This document shows positions 54,647 through 64,000 of a stretch of 64,000 nucleotides of DNA, one piece after another. The stretch is from Macrostomum lignano. Taxonomy: Eukaryota. The stretch's first letter is position 1, and every line of letters begins with the position of its first letter. The notes beneath the pieces are model-generated. The model was not told the DNA's origin, did no database searches, and was given only the letters and a program-made list of their open reading frames with translations. Where the stretch lies: contig NIVC01003780.1 in the NCBI GenBank assembly GCA_002269645.1, positions 1 through 64,000 on the forward strand. The letters are read 5' to 3'. The translations under genes were made by a program, and so were the position numbers.

Positions 54647-55252
54647 GTCTTTGGCTACGAAAAACTCAGTTTTGAGTAAATTATCACGTAATTTTACATT
54701 ACAGCCTCTGCAAGATGGGCCCCCACAACAGAACTGATCAGCCTGCAGTTCATCAAACAAAACACGGCAGATGGTTCAAACAGCGATCTTAAAGTGAGAG
54801 CTGCGTCGGATCCCGGGGGAAGAAGTCGGCTTGCAATTTTTTGCCTTAGTACCGTACTCAATTAATTATAAATAGCTCATGTATATCACCGTGTACGCAC
54901 AGATAAAAATTTATGAAAAAAATCCACTATATTTTATATTGAATCTTCTTAAGCATAAAATTGAGGCAAAGATGCTTCTTTTTTAAACTAATATTTTTCT
55001 TAAATCATCACCTTCAAGGAAAAAAGCGCTAGAATAAAAAAATACAGATTGCTATGAGCGTAATTAAACTCATATAATATGACTGTCGTGACATTTTTTG
55101 CGGTATACATATAGTTCTAACAACGCGATGGGCATCTTCATTTTTTCATAAGTTGCAGCTAAAATTGCATGATTATAAGTAAAAGTACGAGTATGAGGTA
55201 TTAGAATGAGAATGAGTATTAGCGTGATGAGTTACATGCATTATATGATATG

Positions 55253-55870
55253 ACAAGCTGTTGAAACCCGCGGATTTTGAACCCGGGGAATTCCAATCCC
55301 CGGAACTACTTTTGCATGTATTCTGAAATCTAAGGCCATACACAAACAAAAACTTGTTAATAGTTAGTAGGATAGAGGTAGACATAAAATGGAGCACATT
55401 CGTGTAAAATTAGGGTTTGAGACATTGTTGGCTGGGGTACTGCGCAGAATGTCAGGCAATGTCTGTCTGACTCTAAAACATATATTGCTAAACTCTGGTC
55501 TTTCCCTGACTCTCCCTACGTCCCTTGGATCCTTTAAAATTTCTATCGTCTCTTTGTTTCCTCTCATCTCTCTCGTCCCTCGTCTCTCCTCTCTCCTCTC
55601 TCATCTCTCCCCTCTTCTCTCGTATCTTCCCTCATCTCTCTTCTCTTTCATCTCTCTTATCTCATCTCTTGTCTCTTCGTTTCTCTCTCCTCTCCTTTCA
55701 CCTCTCTACTTTTTCGTTTTCTCTCTCCTCTCCTCTCTCCTCTCTCCCCCCTCTCCTCTCTCCTCTACTCTCTCATCTCTCCCCTCTTCTCTCGTCTCTT
55801 CCCTCACCTCTTTTCTCTCTCGGCTTTGCTCTCTCATCATTCCTTTCCTTATCTCTTCTCATTTCTCTCT

Positions 55871-55922
<52 letters not shown>

Positions 55923-57860
55923 GTCTCTCTCTCTCTTCTCTGTCTTTCTCTCTTATCTCTCCTTCTCTCTCTACTCTCTCCCCTCTCCATTCTCCTCTTT
56001 CCTCTCCTCTCTCCTCACTTCACTTCTCTACCTTTGTCTCTCCTCTCTCCTCTCGTCTCTGTAACCTCTCCTCTGTTCTCTCTACTCTCCCATCTTTTAT
56101 CTGTTCACTCTCGTCTCTGCTCTCTCACCCCCCTCTTTAATCTAGCATCTCTGTCTTATATGTTCTCTCACCTCTCTCCTCTGTATTCTTTTCTTTCCCC
56201 TCTTTTGACTCCTCACTTTCCTTTCTCCTTTCTTCTTTTCTCTTCTCTTCCCTTTTCTATACTCTGTCTCCCTCTCTTCTCTCACTCCACTCTCCTCTCT
56301 CCGTTATCTCTTATCTCTTCTTCCACCTCTCTCATCTCTAGAACCTTAGAGATGTAGAGATGTATCTTTATCTCTTCTCTCTTCCCTTTACTCTCTCATC
56401 TCTTCTTTCACCTGTTTCCTCTCTGCTCTCCTCTCTGCTGTCTCCTCTCTCCTCTCATCTGCAGCTCTCTGCTCTGCTCTCTCATCTCTACTCTCTCCTC
56501 TCGCTTTTCCTCTCTCCCCTCTTCTCCCCTCTCTCTCATCGTCCTCACCCCCTCATCTCTCCTATTATCTTTTATCTTTTCTTTTATCCCCTCTGTCGCC
56601 TCTCCTCTCTTCGAATCGTCTATTCCTTCTTCTTTCCACTTTCATCTGCCCCTCAGCTATGAGCTGGATTCTTTATCTGGCCTTTGAGGTAAAAGTATGC
56701 CCATCCCTGCTTGGAAAGCCAGTTTGTGGGACGTAGTACTCTCATGGTTGTTCTCATGCTTTGATCACGTCATCTTTCTTGCCAATTTGCAGCCCTGAAA
56801 GGAATTTGTGTATCTTCAGCTCCACTGCAGTCTGCAGCAGTCTAACAACCAAGGAAATACGCATTTCTTAGGAGGCCATTTAAAATTTACACAGTGCCTT
56901 TAAAAGAAACCTAAAATTTCCATGGTGTGCCTAATTTAGTAGGGTTGTATTTCATTGCATCGCATCGCCTTTTCATAAATATTTCGCTTTTACAAACCAT
57001 GCTGGATTGCCTCGATTTGCCAATTGCCATCCACTGTTAAACTGCTGCAGAGTTTGCCTATACAGAGGGGAGGGCAGTGGTTAGAATTTCTCACTAAACT
57101 GTCATGGCTAAACGTAGCCTCTCCACGCGCGGGGTGCAGAGAAGGCTATAAATAAAGTTATTCCAAAACACTGTACATTTGCTATGTACATTCAGTCCTA
57201 TCGCCTGATCCTTCGTCTGGCTCTGGGGGAATGAGTGGAGTGAGTGAGTGGCACAAACAACAGAAAAAGCAGACAAACTTCACATGCTTACAGTTTCCGT
57301 CCTGATTGAGATACAGAGTTGAGACTTTACATTTAGACAGAGAATAAGTTAATGAAGAATTGTGTCAAATTTGAAGTTAATCGCTTCGCGTGAAGCAAAC
57401 TTATGGCAGCCCAAAGTTAGTCGTTTAAAAACCTATTTGCACCCTTTGCCCAGATCGGGAAAGAGAGGCAGGCGGGTGGAGGTTGGGGTGGTTGCTACGC
57501 TGAAAAAAACAGCCTAACTTTAAAAGTGCACAGCGGCTTTCAGGATTAACTTTGAGATTTGAAATTTTACACGATTGTGTCAAAATAGTTGAAAATTGCC
57601 TGTGTCAAATTTGAAGAGAATCGGTAGAAGTGGAGCGGCGCTATGGAGGATTTAGTGAAAAAATCGCGCATTTTGAGCAGTTTTTTGTACTTTTAGGTAG
57701 GAAGACTTGAGTCTAGGAAATTAAAAGGTAGCCTAAGACATTCTCCGTAGTGAGTTTAGGGTGGGTGTAAAGTTTGGTGTAATTTGGTTGAGCGGTTTGG
57801 GAGTCCATAGCGATCAAAATTGTCCACACACAGACAGAGTTTTGACTTTTATAGGTAGAC
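55253..57860 (+). mobile_element. Non-autonomous Helentron/Helitron-like element (copy B)
   Basis: 5' ACAAGCTGTTG with a CCGGGGA..TCCCCGG hairpin; internal CT-rich tract; 3' AAGTTTGGT...GGTTGAGCGGTTTGGGAG...CACACAGACAGAG..TTTTATAGGTAGA, which matches DINE-1/Lep1-style ends. Confidence 0.65.
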
Positions 57861-59747
57861 GAGGCCAACTCCTCCTCTGGAGGAGAAAGGGGAAGAACTC
57901 CCATCACCGGAATTCCATTCCCTGAAATCCATCAGCTGAAATTCCATGACTTGAATCCCATCTTCCAAATCATCTCCAAATCCTCTGTAAAGCCTTTCAA
58001 ATACCATATCTTGTTTTCCCTGTTCGCAAAAACTGACTGCCATTGTCCAGACTCAGATTCTTCTGTCTCCTCTCTTCTCTTTTCTCTCCTCTCACGTCTC
58101 TCATCTCTACCACCTTATTTATCTCTTCTCCCTCGTCTTTCGTCTTTCTCTTCTGTCTCCTTTATCCCCTGTTTTCTCCTCTCTCCTCTCTCCTCTCTTC
58201 TCTCCTCTCTCATCTCTCATCCCTCATGCCTCATCTCACTATTTCTTTCTCCTCTACTCTCAGCTCCTCTCTTCTCTCTCCTCTCATCTCTCCTGTCTCC
58301 CTCTGCTATCTCATATATTCCCTCTCATCTCCTCTCTCCTCTTTTCTTCTCTCTCCCTCTTCGTTCCCGCCTTACTCCCCTCTTCTCTCCCATCTGTCAT
58401 GTCTAATCTGTCCTCTCTCATCTCTACTCTCTTTTCTATAATCTCTTCTCTCTTCTCTTTTCACTCTTCTCTTTACTCTCTTTACTGACTGACTGAAGAT
58501 ACCAAATCCATCAAAATCCCTCCGTGAAACAGAAATCCTCTCCGCGAAACAGAAATCCTCTCCGCGAAACAGAAATCCTCTCCGTGAAACTGGGCTCCAT
58601 GGAAATCCTCTGAGTGAAACTGACATCCATCAAAATCGTCTCCGTAAAACAGAAATACATCTAAATTCTCTCCACGAAAAATAAATCCTCTCCGTGAAAC
58701 CGAAAACCATCAGAATACTCCGTGAAACTGGACTCAATCGAAATTTTCTCTGTCAAAAAGAACTTAACTTTCAGAATTCATTGGTTAGGGTTAGGGTTCG
58801 AGCTGCACAGAGCTGCGTGTTGAATTAATTGAATCAATTAATTGCGCAAACCATTTCTCAGTCAGACAGTATCAGTCTTATTTAAAGTTAAATAAACAGT
58901 TGCGCAATCTAAATCAACCCTCCAATACACAGCAGCAGTGAGAAGTTGAACCCTCCCCCAACTTTATCTATTACGTCTCGCAAAACTAAGTACAATCTTT
59001 GCAGAAAGTTAAAAGTATGAAAATAGTTTTTCAAATGCTGTGCTTTTTCTTTTCATATATAAAGCAAACAACTTATATCCCCAAACTCAGCGTTGCAAGA
59101 TCTTTCCAGCAATATAAGTCTCTCCTCTCAAAGTTTAAAACTCGAGGAACAGTTAGCGTTTGAAATTTACCGATTTCCCGACTGCTTGCTAGAGAAGCTC
59201 GCAGTCGCAATTCATTGAATTTCACTGCCAAGCTAATACACAGGGCTGGCTGCCTATGGAGAAAAAAGGCGCTGATAATAAAACCAAATGAATTTCGACA
59301 CAGTCTATCTATTTACACTGTACAACTGCTATGTACACTCAGCCCAAGCCCAACCCCCGTTCTGGGGGAAGCATTAAATTTAACTCGACCCCCCAACACG
59401 CGGGGGTTTTATTTGCATTGAACGCAGAACACGCGCACCCACCACCCCTCAATACACAGCGGCCCGCGGGCGGAGGTTGGGGTGGCTATTTTTACAAACT
59501 GGCTGAAGCCCAGGCAGAGTGACCAAAGAAGGTTATTGGGGGTTAAAAAAGCAGTTTTCTGCTTTTTTAGGGATGTTAAAATGTGAAAATTAAAAATTAA
59601 AATAGCCTAAAGCCTGCTCCGGAAAATTTGCAGTTTTCCCATATAAGTTTCGACGTTGACTTGGCAGAATTGTAGGAGTTCACTTGCTACATACAGACAG
59701 ACAGACATACAGACAGACAAACATCGCGTCGGTTTTAGTATTAGGAG
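57861..59747 (+). mobile_element. Diverged related Helentron-like element (copy D)
   Basis: CT-rich tract; 20-bp repeats at about 58520-58730; internal blocks homologous to B and C (ACACTGTACA..TGCTATGTACA, GGAGGTTGGGGTGG); 3' ACAGACAGAC...GGTTTTAGTATTAGG. Confidence 0.5.
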
Positions 59748-60537
59748 ACAAGCTGTTGAAAGAAACCCGCGGATTTTGAACCCGGGGAATTCCAATACCC
59801 AGAACTACTTTTGCATGTATTCTGAAATCTAAGGCCATACACAAACAAAAACTTGTTAATAGTTAGTAGGATAGAGTAGAGGTAGACATAAAATGGAGCA
59901 CATTCGTGTAAAATTAGGGTTTGAGACATTGTTGGCTGGGGTACTGCGCAGAATGTCAGGCAATGTCTGTCTGACTCTAAAACATATATTGCTAAACTCT
60001 GGCCTCTCCCTGACTCTCCCTACGTCCCTTGGATCCTTTAAAATTTCTATCGTCTCTTTGTTTCCTCTCATCTCTCTCGTCCCTCGTCTCTCCTCTCTCC
60101 TCTCTCCCCTCTTCTCTCGTATCTTCCCTCGTCTCTCTTCTCTTTCATCTCTCTTATCTCATCTCTTGTCTCTTCTTTTCTCTCTCCTCTCCTCTCTCCT
60201 CTCTACTTTTTCGTTTTCTCTCTCCTCTCCTCTCTCCTCTCTACTTTTTTCGTTTTCTCTCTCCTCTCCTCTCTCCTCTCTACTTTTTTCGTTTTCTCTC
60301 TCCTCTCCTCTCTCCTCTCTCCCCCTCTCCTCTCTCCTCTCACCCCTCTTCTCTCTTATCTTCCTTCTCCTTTCTATTCTTTTCTCTCTTCTCTTAACTC
60401 TCTCCTCTACTCTCTCATCTCTCCCCTCTTCTCTCGTCTCTTCCCTCACCTCTTTTATCTCTCATCTTTGCTCTCTCATCTTTCCTTTCTCTTATCTTAT
60501 CTCTATTATCTCTTCTCATTTCTCTCTGCTCCCCCCT

Positions 60538-60609
<72 letters not shown>

Positions 60610-61872
60610 TTCTCTCTCTTCTCTCTCTCTCTCTCTCTACTCTATCCCCTCTCCATTCTCCTCTTTCCTCTCCTCTCTCCTCACTCACTTCTCTACCTTT
60701 GTCTCTCCTCTCTCCTCTCGTCTCTGTAATCTCTCATCTGTTCTCATGCTTAGATCACGTCATCTTTCTTGCTAATTTGCAGCCCTGAAAGGAATTTGTG
60801 TATCTTCAGCTCCACTGCAGTCTGCAATTTGCATCAGTCTAACAACCAAGGAAATACGCATTTCTTAGGAGGCCATTTAATATTTACACAGTACCTTTAA
60901 AAGAAACCTAAAATTTCCATGGTGTGCCTAATTTAGTAGGGTTGTATTGCATTGCATTGCATCGCATCGCCTTTTCATAAATCCTTCGCTTTTACAAACC
61001 CTGCTGGATAGTGGATTCCCTCTCGATTTGCCAATTGCCATCCACTGTTAAACTGCTGCAGAGTTTGCCAATACAGAGGGGAGGGCAGGGGTTAGAATTT
61101 CTCACTAAACTGTCATGGCTAAACGTAGCCTCTCCACTCTCGGGGTGAGGAGAAGGCTATAAATAAAGTTATTCCAAAACACTGTACATTTGCTATGTAC
61201 ATTCAGTCCTATCGCCTGACCCTTCGTCTGGCTCTGAGGGAATGAGTGAGTGAGTGACAAAAACAACAGAAAAAGCAGACAAACTTCACACGCTTACAGT
61301 TTCTTTTTCGGTTGAGTTACAGAGTTGAAACTTTACATTTAGATAGAGAATGAGTCAATGAAGAATTGTGTCAAGTTTGAAGTCAATCGCTTTACGTGGA
61401 GCAAACTTATGGCAGCTGAAAGTTAGTCAATTTTGAAACCCTTTTACACATCTGGGCCCAGATCGGGAAAGAGAAGCAGGCGGGCGGAGGTTGGGGTGGT
61501 TGCTACGCTGAAAAAAACAGCCTAACTTTAAAAGTGCACAGCGCCGTTCAGGATTAACTTTGAGACTTGAAATTTTACACGATTGTGTCAAAATAGTTGA
61601 AAATTGCCTGTGTCAAATTTGAAGAGAATCGGTAGAAGTTGAGCGGCGCTATGGAGGATTTAGTGAAAAAATCGCGCATTTTGAGCAGTTTTTTGCACTT
61701 TTAGGTGGGAAGACTCAAATTTAGGAAATTTAAAAGTAGCCTAAGACATTCTCCGTAGTAAGTTTAGGGTGGGTGTAAAGTTTGGTGTCATTTGGTTGAG
61801 TGGTTTGGGAGTCCATAGCGAACGAAATTGTCCACAGACACACACACAGAGTTTTGATTTTTATAGATAGAT
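59748..61872 (+). mobile_element. Non-autonomous Helentron/Helitron-like element (copy C)
   Basis: Colinear with 55253-57860 apart from the length of the CT tract and small indels; ends TTTTATAGATAGAT. Confidence 0.65.
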
Positions 61873-62049
61873 ATGATTATAGTTTAAGAAAGAAACCAGA
61901 AGCCAAGTCCGACAATTGTGGGTGCCAATACTGTGCGGAGTTAAAAGGCACCCGCCCTGGAACACTTCACGAGAGTGGTCAAGGCTTTCACTCTTGACTA
62001 AATGTCAAGGCTCTCAGTCATTAACAGTAGAAATACCATAGGGTGTATT

Positions 62050-62717
62050 TCAAATACACACATTTTTCCTTTGTCTGGATCTCCAAGAATATTCAACCAA
62101 TTGCCATGAAAATCCAGAACACGGGCTAAAATTTTCCGCTCTATTCGATGGAGCAACTTCGAGAATCACGAAAAATCGGCATCGTCGAGATATTCGACGA
62201 TTCTCCTCAGGGTGTCTGGTGGCAAAACCACCAACATTTTTCTGCCCACAAAATCTCATCAAGAAACCACATCGGCTGAACAAACTATGCATATCAGTCG
62301 TAGAGGCCTTTGCTCTCCGCATCCCATGCACCAGGGTTCCCTTCATCAACGTCTGGAGCATCGGCGGCGACCGTCGGGACCTTCAACAAAAGCACCCGAT
62401 CGGCATCTCAGAGATGGCTGCGTTCCAAAAACTGAAATGGAATAATCCTCTTCTGCATGCAGCATTCATGCAGTCAGTAGACATAATCGGTGAATGAAAT
62501 GGACAATGGCGACCCTCTAGGTTGACCTGTAGACATACAGGCGACCTTCGGGACCTTCAACGGACCATAAACCATAAGACCATTCACCATAAAGGTTTAT
62601 ACAGTGTAATGTTGGTTGTCCTTGCCACCAGTGTCTTCGACAAGAATCGTTGAATATCTCTCGTAGGGGATTGAAATAATAGCCAAACACGAGTAGCGCA
62701 CGAGTGTCTATGGCCAT
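62050..62717 (-). pseudogene. Decayed ORF with CxxC..CxxC and F-box-like motif
   Basis: One frame with stops reads VEGPDGR...WCMGCGE...ICIVC...LPPDTLRRIVEYLDDADF. VEGP(E/D)GR occurs twice. Confidence 0.3.
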
Positions 62718-63041
62718 TATCTCAGGCCCTATACCTACTACGCAACGTCATTGTTTAGCAATTTGACGATCATTATTCACATTTTTAATGCAGAACAATC
62801 CATTACTACAAATAATGCATTGTCTGTAGGATCGTCAAACAGAAAAACAATGCAAAGAATCAGCGGTCGCAGCACGTGACAACGATTATTTATCCATTAT
62901 TCAACTCAGTTGCGTACTATACAATCTACCATTGTTTCAGCATTGCGTAGTCTGGCGGCCATTATTTCAGCGTGCCGGAAGCGGTCATTATTTCACACTT
63001 TTTTATCATGCTTTAATTGGCTGTTTTGGTAGTTATTTTAC

Positions 63042-63581
63042 CCATAGACGGCTGAGATGTGTTTTAGTTTGACATAGACACACTGTGATGAGTGCTGATT
63101 TCGTTTGCGTCTTGCAAGAAATCAGGAAAGCGGGTAGTGCTAGGGAAAGCTTATTTGCCTTGTCAAACAACTATGGCTGGTGCATCTCTTCAAACAGCCC
63201 CGCTTATTAATTGGAAAAATCTGCTTGTCGATGACTGAACGAACCGTGCGACCTATGCTTCAGTGGAGATGACACAGGAGATGCGGGTAAAGCATGGTAA
63301 GCATAGTATGTCAACATTGCAAGTAAATTTGTGGCTACACTAATGGCTACATACGCTCGTAGAAACTGTGAATTTTTTACATTGTCCATTAATCTGCAGG
63401 TCGGATGGATTCGGAACGCGCAGTTCGCTTCTTCGAGAACTGTCACTTCAAGAATTGCACGTTTCGGTTTTAATGAGCAACTTATGATGAACAGTCTATG
63501 ACTACTGTGTTGTTTTTGTGCTCAATGTGCGCGTTTTCCATTGTAAAAAATCAGCCTTTATGATAATGAAAGTGTCTATGG
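63042..63581 (-). mobile_element. 540-bp segment bounded by CCATAGAC...GTCTATGG with a possible THAP relic
   Basis: Inverted 8-bp ends. Frameshifted minus-strand words CS...TCNS, AFRIHP, W and VCSH appear in THAP order. No TSD found. Confidence 0.3.
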
Positions 63582-64000
63582 TCAAACCTGATTCACACCC
63601 ATATATTTCTTCATCCTTCATCCATGCTTGAAACCTCTGGATAATGCTGTTGACCTCGGGATAACAATGGATAAATAATCAGCGGTCCCAGTCCGGCGCG
63701 AGCCATAGACAATCGTTGTCACGCACTGCGACCGCTGATTCTTTGCATTGTTTTTCTGTTTGACGATCCTGCATTGTTTGTAGTAATGGATTGTTCTGCA
63801 TTAAAAATGTGAATAATGATCGTCAAATTGCTAAACAATGGGTTATTTTTAGAACAGAAACAACGATGCAATTCTTTCTTTAAACAACGCGAACAGGAAA
63901 GAATAAACGCAATAAAATATGAATGGTGAGAATAAGTCTCCATAAGTACCGCAGAATTGTCACAGTACCATTCTCCATTACAGTTGACAATTGTTGAAAG

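Noticed and set aside
58785-58800. GGTTAGGGTTAGGG as telomeric sequence
   Set aside because: Only two units, embedded in a dispersed repeat.
52869-60788. Leu/Ser-rich and Arg/Glu-rich ORFs (52869, 55389, 55525, 57951, 59893 and others)
   Set aside because: They derive from CT-rich low-complexity tracts within repeated elements.

Overview
AT-rich eukaryotic DNA from an invertebrate animal (spliced GT-AG genes, intronic minisatellites); the taxon cannot be fixed from the sequence. I found no prokaryotic features, rRNA, intact tRNA or CRISPR array. Host genes: (1) a three-exon SPT2 histone-chaperone gene (48-6412) whose first intron holds a decayed hAT transposon; (2) an unidentified convergent gene whose last coding exon is 17067-17678 (-); (3) two paralogous type II membrane genes, one reconstructed as TM-TSP1x3-PAN/apple-C-type lectin (44632-48790, about 486 aa) and one as a short TM-TSP1x2 copy (52255-53837, about 214 aa). 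A 6.5-kb tandem duplication with an internal deletion sits between the 3' ends of genes 1 and 2 and leaves both intact. 21.4-43.8 kb is a pile-up of four CCC...GGG elements with 2-bp target duplications (CACTA/EnSpm-type, three families). One carries a spliced DUF4806-like gene. One family carries the 3' end of a Gypsy retrotransposon and occurs as a head-to-tail dimer and as a monomer; the monomer splits a Crypton-type tyrosine recombinase ORF whose frame is restored by removing the insert. The three copies of that family preserve an empty site, an occupied site and an excision footprint of the same 298-bp MITE. The right third holds Tc1-like, P-like, Crypton and THAP-like relics, a head-to-tail run of Helentron-like elements, and a recurrent RCCATAGAC motif at element ends and gene starts. 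Protein family calls come from motifs recognised by eye, not from database searches.
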